Positions 8,850 through 17,007 of a DNA stretch of 64,000 nucleotides are shown here, one piece after another. This stretch comes from Sphaerochaetaceae bacterium. GTDB lineage: Bacteria > Spirochaetota > Spirochaetia > Sphaerochaetales > Sphaerochaetaceae. The position numbers and the translations under genes were made by a program. The notes beneath the pieces are model-generated. The model made no database searches. It saw nothing but the letters and a program-made list of their open reading frames with translations, and was not told where the DNA came from. Numbering within the stretch: position 1 is the stretch's first letter; each line of letters starts with the position of its first letter. The DNA is taken from positions 2,242 to 66,241 of the forward strand of contig JBGUMQ010000035.1 in assembly GCA_045116915.1 (NCBI GenBank). The letters run 5' to 3'.

Positions 8850-10676
8850 TCAGTCGAGGTTGTAGGAAAGCATCAGCGTGATCTGGACATCGGAGATCCT
8901 GCCGTTGGCCGTCCTGTTGCCCGGGTTCGTGATGCTGACGAAGTCGACCTGCGCTCCTGCGGTGAAGCCCCACGGCAGGATGTATGAACCGTAGAGGCCT
9001 GCGACGATCGTGGTCGATGCGGCATCGCGCTGGGCGTAATCCGGATCGTTGTAGTTGTCCGTCTGGTGTGTCTTCGTCGGGGAGGTCTGGTTCATGTAGG
9101 TCTCGTTGTCGATCCTGGTCCAGACGGTGTACCTGTCATGGGTGCCGTGCTTCATGAAGAAGAAATTGGCGCTTGCGCTCCACTTGCCGGGAACCTCGTA
9201 TCCGACATTCAGGTTTCCGATGATGGCGTCTCCGCCGTACTTGTATCCCAGGAAGTCCAGGTTGTAGTTCTGCGTTCCGCCGCAATCGGACATCTCGCGC
9301 ACAGCCACGACGTAGTTGATGCCGTAGCGTCCGTTGGTCTGTTCCCTGTCGGATTCGCCCGCCTGGGCATCGCCGTCGCGGAGATACAGGTAGGGGGATG
9401 TGTAGGCACCTTCGACGTTGGCAGTGAGGATTCCGTTGCCCAGGCCCATGGCGTATGTCAGGCCGGCGATGAAACCGAGTCCGTTCGGCTCGGCTTTGGA
9501 AGCCGGAGTCGCCGTCTTGGGATCCTGCTCGCCGGGAAGGATGAACTCGTCCACGACCATCTGGCCATAGAGGTTGAATCCTTTGGCGAAGGCCCAGTCT
9601 GCCTCGAATGCGAGGATGGAGTTGGTGTTGCTCCTGGTGTAGTTGTTGTGGTAGAGGTATGCGGGTGCGAAGGCGATCAGGTCGATCTTGTTGTCCTTGC
9701 TCATGTACATGACGCCCTCTGTGAGTGTGAAGGATATCTTCGGCGTTATCCTCCATTCGAGCCTGTGGCCGATGAATGCGGCGATTCCGTTCATGTACTG
9801 GCTCTGGCCGTTACCTACCATGTTGGAGCCGTTGACCGAGTACTTCATGGTGTTGGTCTGCGCATCCGTGACCGTGTAGTACATCTGCGGGTGCGGGAAC
9901 GCCGAGACCAGGAACGTGTATTTGAAGCTGTTGTCGTATGCTGTGAACCTGGCCATGTTGTGGTACTTCAGATGGTCTCCGATGACCAGATTGCCCGTGG
10001 TTCCGTTGCCCCAGCTGAGCCTGTCGCGTCCGATCTGGAACGTCCAGTTGTCGCCTCCGGCAGAGACGAATGCGCGCAGCGGCATGTTGAAATCAAGCTG
10101 CTTCATGTCGTTGGCCATGAGGAACGGTATGTTGCACCACAGGAGGCTGTCGCCGAACCTGCGCTCCGTGCTGGCTCCGCTCTTCCAGTCCTTGGCGACA
10201 CCTATCGACAGGTCGAAGTATCCGTAGAAGCTCTTTCCGATCTGCTCCTCCGTGATCAGGTTCAGGAAAGGCCTCTCGTTCGCCCATCCGCGCACCCAGT
10301 TCTCCCGTCCCCGGAAGAATGTGCTTTCGCTGTTCGTGTTGATATAGAGCTCCGCGTCTATCTCGAGTCCGGCCTTGAACGAGGGCCTGGCGGCATCCGA
10401 ACCGAGGATGTCCGAGGCGCTGTCGTAGAGGGATGCCGATATTCCGGAGAGTCCGGCCCTGTCGATGCGTGAGAGCATCAGGTTGAGTTCGGATCCGCTC
10501 CAGGGTCCGGTTGTCGAGGGAAGGGCGAGTCCTTCCAGGATGTACAGGTCCCTGATGTACGTGTAGACCTGATCGTTGACTGAATATATCTTCTGATGGT
10601 TCTCAGTTCCGGATGCGAAGACTGTGCATGTCAGGACGACAGTCAGGACGATTGATATGAATACCTTTCTCTTCAT
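8850..10676 (-). CDS. Wzi-like (capsule assembly family) outer-membrane beta-barrel protein, paralog 1
   Basis: Signal peptide MKRKVFISIVLTVVLTCTVFASG. The motifs ..PSTTGPWSGSELNLMLSRID.., RDRLSWGNGTTGNLVIGDH and FNLYGQMVVDEF parallel the Wzi motifs WGPG..GSL and GQMIGEDE. An AAGGAG Shine-Dalgarno lies upstream. Confidence 0.55.
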   Translation of the reverse strand: MKRKVFISIVLTVVLTCTVFASGTENHQKIYSVNDQVYTYIRDLYILEGLALPSTTGPWSGSELNLMLSRIDRAGLSGISASLYDSASDILGSDAARPSFKAGLEIDAELYINTNSESTFFRGRENWVRGWANERPFLNLITEEQIGKSFYGYFDLSIGVAKDWKSGASTERRFGDSLLWCNIPFLMANDMKQLDFNMPLRAFVSAGGDNWTFQIGRDRLSWGNGTTGNLVIGDHLKYHNMARFTAYDNSFKYTFLVSAFPHPQMYYTVTDAQTNTMKYSVNGSNMVGNGQSQYMNGIAAFIGHRLEWRITPKISFTLTEGVMYMSKDNKIDLIAFAPAYLYHNNYTRSNTNSILAFEADWAFAKGFNLYGQMVVDEFILPGEQDPKTATPASKAEPNGLGFIAGLTYAMGLGNGILTANVEGAYTSPYLYLRDGDAQAGESDREQTNGRYGINYVVAVREMSDCGGTQNYNLDFLGYKYGGDAIIGNLNVGYEVPGKWSASANFFFMKHGTHDRYTVWTRIDNETYMNQTSPTKTHQTDNYNDPDYAQRDAASTTIVAGLYGSYILPWGFTAGAQVDFVSITNPGNRTANGRISDVQITLMLSYNLD

Positions 10677-10726
10677 GAGGTTCTCCTTTCTCTCCGGGAG
10701 ACATCATATCATATCAAGATTATTTG

Positions 10727-10769
10727 GGGAAAAAGAAACGGCATGGCCTGCTTCTGCAAACCATGCCGC
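10727..10769 (-). terminator. Rho-independent terminator after metQ
   Basis: On the minus strand, cggcatgg pairs with ccatgccg (739-746 with 761-768). The stem is followed by UUUCUUUUUCCCC. Confidence 0.55.
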
Positions 10770-10792
10770 TTTCAGTTCTGAAGGTCGGATGA

Positions 10793-11596
10793 TCAGAATA
10801 CGATCACGACTTCTCCGTTGGGGTACTTCTCTGCGACCCAGTTCTTGACCTTGTCGCTCTGAAGAGCCTTGACGAGGGCAACGATGGCCGGATTGTTCTC
10901 ATTGCCGGACTTTACCGCGATGACGTTGACGTACGGGCTATCGGCGCCTTCGACAACAAGACCGTCCTTGGCTGCGGAAAGACCTGCGGGGATCGCATAG
11001 TTTCCGTTGATGACGGCTGCGTCGACATCCTCGAGGACTCTGGGAAGGGATGCGGCCTCGACCTCGGCGAAGGAGAGCTTCTTGGGGTTGGAGGTGATGT
11101 CGATCGGTGTGGAATCGAGCTTGTCGGGATCGGCGAGTGTGATCAGGCCTGCGCTGGCCAGGAGCAGAAGTGCCCTGCCTTCGTTGGTCGGGTCGTTAGG
11201 GATGGCGATCTTGGCTCCGTCGGGAAGGTCCGCAAGGGACTTGTACTTCTTGGAGTAGAGTGCGAGCGGCTCGATGTGGATTCCGCCGGCGTTCACGAGG
11301 TGGAAGCCCCTCTCGGTGTTGAACGACTCGAGGTACGGGATGTGCTGGAAGAAGTTGGCGATGATCTCACCGCTTTCGACCGCCTCGTTGGGGGTGACGT
11401 AATCGGTGAACTCCTGGACGACAAGGGTGATTCCCTGTGCGGCGAGGTCTTCCTTGACCAGGTTCAGCATCTCGGCGTGCGGCTCGGGTGTGGCACCGAC
11501 CGTGATCTTGTTTGCCGATGAAGCCTCCTTGGCTCCGCTTGCGAATACTGCGAATGCAGTGACGAGCACCAGAATGAAAACGATGGCTTTCTTCAT
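10793..11596 (-). CDS. metQ: Methionine ABC transporter substrate-binding protein (NlpA/MetQ family)
   Basis: 267 aa with a signal peptide. ITVGATPEPHAEMLNLVKEDLAAQGITLVVQEFTDYVTPNEAV is typical of MetQ. The Shine-Dalgarno AGGAG lies 7 nt upstream. Confidence 0.85.
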   Translation of the reverse strand: MKKAIVFILVLVTAFAVFASGAKEASSANKITVGATPEPHAEMLNLVKEDLAAQGITLVVQEFTDYVTPNEAVESGEIIANFFQHIPYLESFNTERGFHLVNAGGIHIEPLALYSKKYKSLADLPDGAKIAIPNDPTNEGRALLLLASAGLITLADPDKLDSTPIDITSNPKKLSFAEVEAASLPRVLEDVDAAVINGNYAIPAGLSAAKDGLVVEGADSPYVNVIAVKSGNENNPAIVALVKALQSDKVKNWVAEKYPNGEVVIVF

Positions 11597-11696
11597 GTCA
11601 TATCTCCTGTATAAAAATAATATTCATATGTGTGACGATGTCCCGGTACGGGACCCTTGATGCAGAAAATGGACTGATTGGAAAAAAAGAATACAC

Positions 11697-11765
11697 TTAT
11701 GCCCGCGAGGGCATGCACATGGAGAAAGACATCATCATACGGATTGACTTGGAAACGCTTGTCAT
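11697..11765 (-). CDS. Candidate Met-rich leader peptide (22 aa, MTSVSKSIRMMMSFSMCMPSRA) upstream of metQ
   Basis: GGAGGAGG, then 5 nt, then ATG. Six of the 22 codons are Met, including an AUGAUGAUG run. The stop codon abuts a GC hairpin (11699-11714). The ORF is too short to appear in the supplied ORF track. Confidence 0.35.
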   Translation of the reverse strand: MTSVSKSIRMMMSFSMCMPSRA

Positions 11766-11792
11766 ATGATCCTCCTCCACGAGTTTTGCCTT

Positions 11793-11821
11793 ACTATACA
11801 CAGAAACAAATAATTATGCAA
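11793..11821 (-). promoter_or_regulatory. Sigma70-like promoter for the leader ORF and metQ
   Basis: The minus strand reads TTGCAT (11821-11816), a 17-nt spacer, then TATAGT (11798-11793). It lies in the 243-nt metI-metQ gap. Confidence 0.35.
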
Positions 11822-11839
11822 CAGTTTTGCGGGAAAAAT

Positions 11840-12514
11840 TCATCTTTTGGCCATCATGCGCGCGCTTATCCTGTTTCCGATGAACTGGATGACCTCGACC
11901 AGGACAAGGATGATGATGACAGCCACGGCCATGACCTCGGGTCTGAAACGCTGGTAGCCGTACCTGATGGCCAGGTCTCCGAGTCCGCCGCCCCCGACAG
12001 CTCCGGCCATGGCGCTGTAGCCGATCAGGTTGATGATCGTCAGCGTGAGACCCGATATGAGCGAGGGGAGCGCCTCCGGAAGAAGCACCTTGAAGACTAT
12101 CTGGGCGTCCGTAGAGCCCATGGCCCTGGCGGCCTGGATGACGCCGTGGTCGACTTCCTTGAGGGATGTCTCCACGATCCTGGCGACGAAAGGCGCGGCC
12201 GCAATGGAAAGCGGCACGATGGTGGACTTGGTTCCGATCGCCGTTCCGACTATCAGCCTGGAGAGCGGGAACAGGACTATGATCAATATGATGAATGGGA
12301 ACGACCTGAGGATGTTCACGATCCTGCTCAGGATCTCGTTGAGAACCGGCTTGGGTCTGATTCCTGCATCCCTTCCGGGAGCGGTCACGCAGAGGAGTAT
12401 CCCGAGCGGAAGACCCAGGATCACGGAGAAAAGGGTGGAGAGCGATACCATCTCCAGCGTCTGGAGTGTGCTTTCCCCGATCAGTTTCCAAATGGCAGGT
12501 GTAAGTCCGCTCAC
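11840..12514 (-). CDS. metI: Methionine ABC transporter permease
   Basis: 224 aa. The GTG start overlaps the metN stop (GTGA). A typical MetI permease core is present (..SRLIVGTAIGTKSTIVPLSIAAAPFVARIVE..). Confidence 0.88.
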   Translation of the reverse strand: MSGLTPAIWKLIGESTLQTLEMVSLSTLFSVILGLPLGILLCVTAPGRDAGIRPKPVLNEILSRIVNILRSFPFIILIIVLFPLSRLIVGTAIGTKSTIVPLSIAAAPFVARIVETSLKEVDHGVIQAARAMGSTDAQIVFKVLLPEALPSLISGLTLTIINLIGYSAMAGAVGGGGLGDLAIRYGYQRFRPEVMAVAVIIILVLVEVIQFIGNRISARMMAKR

Positions 12515-13521
12515 TGCTGTACCTCCTCGACTGTGACTCCGCGTTCCCTCATCGCCGCGATGGCGGCGTTGACCGCCTCGGGCGATCCCGTGATGTCGCA
12601 GACCATCGTCCCCATCTTGGAGTCTCCGACCTTCTGTATGCCTGCGCCGCTGATGTTGAAGATGACATCGAACTCCCTGATTATGTCGGAGATCACGGGG
12701 GTCTCGACCCTGTCGTTGAGGAACCTCAGCGTGAAGCGGGCGGGAAGGTCCGACCAGATCACGACGCCGTCCTCGCGGACATTGGCTGCGTTGGTGGTGA
12801 GGTGCGAGAGGAATTCCTTGGTGACCGTCGTTTTCGGATGTGCGAAGAGGTCCTTGACCGTGCCTTCCTCGACGACCGTTCCCTCTGAAAGGACCGCCAC
12901 GTAGTCGCAGGCGTCCCTGACGACCTCCATCTGGTGTGTGATCATCACGACGGTGAGGTTCATCTTGCGCTGTATGTCCTTGATCAGAGCCAGGATGGAC
13001 TGGGTCGTCTTGGGATCCAGTGCGCTTGTGGCCTCGTCGCAGAACAGGATGTCAGGCTTGCATGCAAGGGCCCTTGCAATGGCGATCCTCTGTTTCTGTC
13101 CGCCGGACAGGGTGGAAATCGGGGCATCGGCCTTGTCTGAGAGGCCAACCAGTTCCAGGAGTTCGCTCACACGGCCGGCGATCTTGTCCTTCGGGTATCT
13201 GCAGATCTCCATGGGGTAGGCTATGTTCTGGCCCGCGGTGCGCGACGAGAACAGGTTGAAGTTCTGGAATATCATGCCGATGTTGCGCCTGCGCTGTATG
13301 ATCTCCTTCTCCGGGAGGTTGTCCACACGCTGCGAGTCGTACCAGACCTCGCCGCTGTCGGGTTTCTCCAGGAGGCTGACCAGTCTGACGAGCGTGCTTT
13401 TTCCCGCTCCGGAGAGGCCTATGATACCGAATATGCGGTTTTCAGGGATATTCAGGCTGACACCCCTGACGGCGTGGACATTGGAATAGTTCCTTTCCAG
13501 GTTCTTCAACGTGATGTGCAT
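12511..13521 (-). CDS. metN: Methionine ABC transporter ATP-binding protein with C-terminal NIL domain
   Basis: MHITLKNLERNY.., Walker A GLSGAGKST, signature LSGGQKQR and a C-terminal NIL-like domain. The start at 13521 has AAGGAG 5 nt upstream. The upstream 108 codons of the track ORF were rejected. Confidence 0.9.
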   Translation of the reverse strand: MHITLKNLERNYSNVHAVRGVSLNIPENRIFGIIGLSGAGKSTLVRLVSLLEKPDSGEVWYDSQRVDNLPEKEIIQRRRNIGMIFQNFNLFSSRTAGQNIAYPMEICRYPKDKIAGRVSELLELVGLSDKADAPISTLSGGQKQRIAIARALACKPDILFCDEATSALDPKTTQSILALIKDIQRKMNLTVVMITHQMEVVRDACDYVAVLSEGTVVEEGTVKDLFAHPKTTVTKEFLSHLTTNAANVREDGVVIWSDLPARFTLRFLNDRVETPVISDIIREFDVIFNISGAGIQKVGDSKMGTMVCDITGSPEAVNAAIAAMRERGVTVEEVQQ

Positions 13522-13636
13522 GGATGCTCCTTGGGTCGAACGACTCCTTATAATATTTTTTTTGCATGCGCGTGGCAAGCGTCGGAGGGGACGGGGTGCC
13601 GCAGATAATTCTTTGTCGATTTTTATTTCGGAAATA

Positions 13637-13665
13637 TTGCATAAAAATACAATCCGATGTAATAT
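13637..13665 (+). promoter_or_regulatory. Sigma70-like promoter of the liv-type operon
   Basis: TTGCAT (13637-13642), a 17-nt spacer, then TAATAT (13660-13665). Confidence 0.4.
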
Positions 13666-13723
13666 TCCGGCAAATATATCCAAGGATATCACTTTCACAC
13701 ACTTTTGATAGGGAGAAATGAAA

Positions 13724-14905
13724 ATGAAGAAAGCTTTGTTCATCGCACTGGTTCTTGCATGCGTCGTCGCCCCGGTTTTCGCCGGCGGTTCGGGCGAGAG
13801 TGCAGCTGCCTCAGACAAGATCACAATCGCATTCATCGGAAACACGACAGGTGACTACGCCATGTACGGCGTCCCCGTGCGCAACTCCGTGAAGATGTAC
13901 TTCGACCAGCTCAACGCAGCCGGTGGAATCAACGGCAAGCAGATCGAGCTCCTCGAGTATGATGACAAGGCAGACCCGATCGAGTCCGTCAACGCATACA
14001 ACCTTGCCAAGTCCAAGGGCGCCACAGCCATCATCGGTTCTGTCCTCACGGGTGCAACAGTCGGTCTTTCCGATGTCACATACGAGGACAACATGCCGCA
14101 GATCACCGCATCCGCGACATCCCCGAAGGTAACCGTCATGGATCCCGAGGATCCCAATTCTGAAGTCAAGACGAACGTCTTCCGCACATGCTTCCTCGAT
14201 CCGTTCCAGGGCGAGAAGATGGCCCAGTACGCAGCAGAGAAGTACGGTGCCAAGACAGCCGCGATCTTCTATGAGAACGGTTCGGATTATTCCGAGGCCA
14301 TCGTCGACGGTATCAACAGCCAGCTTTCTGTCACAGGCCTGAAGATCGTCGCCAAGGAGGCTTTCGCAGCCGGTGACGTCGACTACAAGGCACAGATGAC
14401 CAACATCGCCGCAGCCAACCCGGATGTCGTCTTCATGCCGATCTACTACGGAGAGGCAGGTCTTGCCATCACGGCTCTCAGGGCCGCAGGATGCAACGCC
14501 AAGATCATCGGCGGTGACGGATTCGGTTCAGTTGTCGACTATGCAACAGCCGCAGACCTCGAGGGCACGATCTACATGTCCGGTTATGCTCCCGGAACGG
14601 CTTCCGTCGCGAAGTTCGAGGCCGACTACAAGGCAACCTACAACGAGGATGTCCCCAACATGTTCGCTCCGCTGGCATGGGATGCCTCTCTTGTCATGAC
14701 CGAGGGTCTGAAGGCCGCCGAGGCCAAGGGTCTCAAGGCCGGCACAGCCGAGTACAAGCAGGCCGTCATCGACGCGATCAAGAACCTGAACGCCTTCCAG
14801 GGCATCACGGGTTCCTACACGTTCAACGATACGAACGACCCGATCAAGTCCGTTGCCATCATCAAGATCAACAACGGCAAGGAGCTTTTCGACGAGTTCT
14901 TCTGA
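13724..14905 (+). CDS. Branched-chain amino acid ABC transporter substrate-binding protein (LivJ/LivK/BraC family)
   Basis: Signal peptide MKKALFIALVLACVVAPVFA, then Peripla_BP_6-like sequence (ITIAFIGNTTGDYAMYGVPVRNSVKMYFDQLNAAGGINGKQIEL). The second ATG has better Shine-Dalgarno spacing than the one at 13718. Confidence 0.85.
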   Translation: MKKALFIALVLACVVAPVFAGGSGESAAASDKITIAFIGNTTGDYAMYGVPVRNSVKMYFDQLNAAGGINGKQIELLEYDDKADPIESVNAYNLAKSKGATAIIGSVLTGATVGLSDVTYEDNMPQITASATSPKVTVMDPEDPNSEVKTNVFRTCFLDPFQGEKMAQYAAEKYGAKTAAIFYENGSDYSEAIVDGINSQLSVTGLKIVAKEAFAAGDVDYKAQMTNIAAANPDVVFMPIYYGEAGLAITALRAAGCNAKIIGGDGFGSVVDYATAADLEGTIYMSGYAPGTASVAKFEADYKATYNEDVPNMFAPLAWDASLVMTEGLKAAEAKGLKAGTAEYKQAVIDAIKNLNAFQGITGSYTFNDTNDPIKSVAIIKINNGKELFDEFF

Positions 14906-14940
14906 TTCTTTTTCAGAAAAAAACGTCGGAAAATACGGAA

Positions 14941-14970
14941 AAAAGGCGCAGGGTTACTTGCGCCTTTTTC
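14941..14970 (+). terminator. Intra-operon hairpin plus T-run between the binding-protein and permease genes (probable partial terminator)
   Basis: ggcgca (14945-14950) pairs with tgcgcc (14959-14964). The loop is 8 nt and is followed by TTTTT. Confidence 0.5.
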
Positions 14971-15029
14971 CATATATTCAGTAATTTATATAACAAATTA
15001 GACAGAACAATCATGGAGTTCATGCAGGC

Positions 15030-15911
15030 ATGACGTTTTCTTTGCTGATAGCACAGTTGATCAACGGTCTACAGACAGGCTCGGTCTACGCGCTTGTGGC
15101 CCTTGGTTACAGCATGGTTTATGGAATCATCAAGCTTCTCAACTTCGCGCACGGCGACATCATCATGATCGGAGCATACATGGTGTACTACGCCATCGCC
15201 ACGTTCGCGCTTCCCCCGGTTGTCGCGATCGTGCTGGCCGTTGCCGTGAGCACGCTTCTCGGCGTCACCGTCGAGAAGGTGGCCTACACGCCCCTGAGAA
15301 GCGCACCCAGGCTTTCGCTGCTCATCACGGCGATCGGCATCTCATTCCTTCTGGAGAACGGTGCCCAGCTTCTGTTCGGAGCCGACCAGAAGAGCATGAA
15401 TCCCATGATCAACGGCAGCGTCGCCATCGGAAGCATCAATGTCAGCAACGCGGCCATCGTCACCATCGTGGTCTCGACGGTGATAATGGTCGTGCTGAAC
15501 ATCGTGGTCAACAAGACCAAGGCCGGAAAGGCCATGAGGGCAGTGTCCGAGGACATGGGCGCCGCCCAGCTCATGGGAATCTCCCTGAACAAGACGATCA
15601 GCATGACGTTCGCCATCGGAAGCGCCCTGGCCGGCGTGGCTTCGGTCCTGTACCTCTGCGCCTACCCGCAGGCGAGCCCGACGATGGGTTCAATGCTGGG
15701 AATCAAGGCGTTCGTCGCCGCCGTCCTCGGAGGTATCGGCTCCATCCCCGGCGCCATGATCGGAGGTTTCACCATCGGAATCCTGGAGGCCCTTGTCTCC
15801 GCACTGGGTCTTTCCATGTGGAAGGACGCTGCAGTGTTCCTGGTGCTCATCATAGTCCTGCTTCTCAAGCCCACGGGTTTCCTGGGCAAGAAGATACAGG
15901 AAAAGGTCTGA
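15030..15911 (+). CDS. livH: Branched-chain amino acid ABC transporter permease
   Basis: 293 aa. LINGLQTGSVYALVALGYSMVYGIIKLLNFAHGD is the canonical LivH N-terminus. Confidence 0.9.
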   Translation: MTFSLLIAQLINGLQTGSVYALVALGYSMVYGIIKLLNFAHGDIIMIGAYMVYYAIATFALPPVVAIVLAVAVSTLLGVTVEKVAYTPLRSAPRLSLLITAIGISFLLENGAQLLFGADQKSMNPMINGSVAIGSINVSNAAIVTIVVSTVIMVVLNIVVNKTKAGKAMRAVSEDMGAAQLMGISLNKTISMTFAIGSALAGVASVLYLCAYPQASPTMGSMLGIKAFVAAVLGGIGSIPGAMIGGFTIGILEALVSALGLSMWKDAAVFLVLIIVLLLKPTGFLGKKIQEKV

Positions 15912-15924
15912 CGGAGGTGCGCGC

Positions 15925-17007
15925 ATGAAGAAGTTCAATCTTTCGACTCCGGTCAGATATGCCGTGAACCTTGCTCTGACAGTCCTCCTCTGGGTCGTTC
16001 TTTCGGCCGTCATATCGGGCGCAGGCCTGAAAGGGGAGTACTTCAGGGGAATCGTGATCACCATAGGCATCAACATCATTCTGGCCACCAGCCTGAACGT
16101 CGTCTGCGGTTATCTGGGACAGCTCCCGCTGGGACATGCGGGCTTCATGGCCGTCGGCGCCTACGCAGGTGCCATCTTCATGAAGTCCACCCCCGCGGCA
16201 CAGCTTCTCAGGGCGGGCAACAACGCCGCGGTGGTGCCCTATGTCATCATCGCCGTTCTGATTTCGGCTGTGGTGGCCGGAATCTTCGGTCTTCTGATCG
16301 GTATCCCGGCCCTGAGGCTCAAGGGCGACTACCTGGCCATCATCACGCTGGGATTCGGAGAGATCATCAGGGTCGTGCTCACGAACATCGACTCGGTCCT
16401 GGGCTTCAAGTTCACATACGGCGCGTCCGGTCTTGCCAGGATACCCAAGTTCACAAGCCTGAACGTGATATTCATCTTCACGGCCATCTGCCTGTTCCTG
16501 ATCCACGTGTTCATGAAGAGCCGCCACGGCAGGGCGGTGCTGTCGATCCGCGACAACGAGATCGCGGCCGAGTCCGTGGGCATCAACACCACGTTCTACA
16601 AGACTGCTGCATTCGTGTTCTCCGCGATGCTGGCCGGTATCGCCGGATGCCTTTACGCCGGATACCTGGGAAGCCTCTATCCGTCGACATTCAAGTTCAT
16701 GAAGTCCATCGAGATACTGGTCATGGTGGTTCTCGGAGGCATGGGCTCCATGCTCGGTTCCGTCATCTCCGCCATAGTCCTAACGGCGCTTCCTGAGCTC
16801 TTGAGGTCCTTCAGCGACTACCGCATGGTCGTGTACTCGCTGGCCCTGGTCCTGATGATGCTCTTCCGCCCGAAGGGACTGATGGGGACATACGACTTCT
16901 CCATGGGCAACAGCATCGAAAGCATTGTGAACCGAATCCGTGGAGGGAAGAAGGCGAAGAAAACCGTTGTTGACGACGGATCCGGAGCAAAGGGGGTGCA
17001 GGAATGA
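15925..17007 (+). CDS. livM: Branched-chain amino acid ABC transporter permease
   Basis: 360 aa. GYLGQLPLGHAGFMAVGAYAGA and LRLKGDYLAIITLGFGEIIR are typical of LivM. Confidence 0.9.
   Translation: MKKFNLSTPVRYAVNLALTVLLWVVLSAVISGAGLKGEYFRGIVITIGINIILATSLNVVCGYLGQLPLGHAGFMAVGAYAGAIFMKSTPAAQLLRAGNNAAVVPYVIIAVLISAVVAGIFGLLIGIPALRLKGDYLAIITLGFGEIIRVVLTNIDSVLGFKFTYGASGLARIPKFTSLNVIFIFTAICLFLIHVFMKSRHGRAVLSIRDNEIAAESVGINTTFYKTAAFVFSAMLAGIAGCLYAGYLGSLYPSTFKFMKSIEILVMVVLGGMGSMLGSVISAIVLTALPELLRSFSDYRMVVYSLALVLMMLFRPKGLMGTYDFSMGNSIESIVNRIRGGKKAKKTVVDDGSGAKGVQE

Noticed and set aside
13522-13640. A SAM (S-box) riboswitch in the metN 5' leader.
   Set aside because: The GC-rich block is only about 40-50 nt. 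I could not find the conserved SAM-I core elements or a terminator (the hairpin is followed by an A-run, not a U-run, on the metN strand). It is kept only as a question in the findings, not as a feature.
12511-13845. N-terminally extended versions of real genes in the ORF track: metN as 444 aa, the Wzi-like gene 7144-8973, rseP 30591-32084, dxr 31927-33405, rpsB 36084-36947 and the reductase 59115-60800.
   Set aside because: The extensions overlap the upstream gene or run through intergenic promoters. Internal starts give canonical N-termini (signal peptide, MHITLKNL.., MAGFQL.., (V)[39 protein letters not shown]..) with good Shine-Dalgarno sequences or stop/start coupling.
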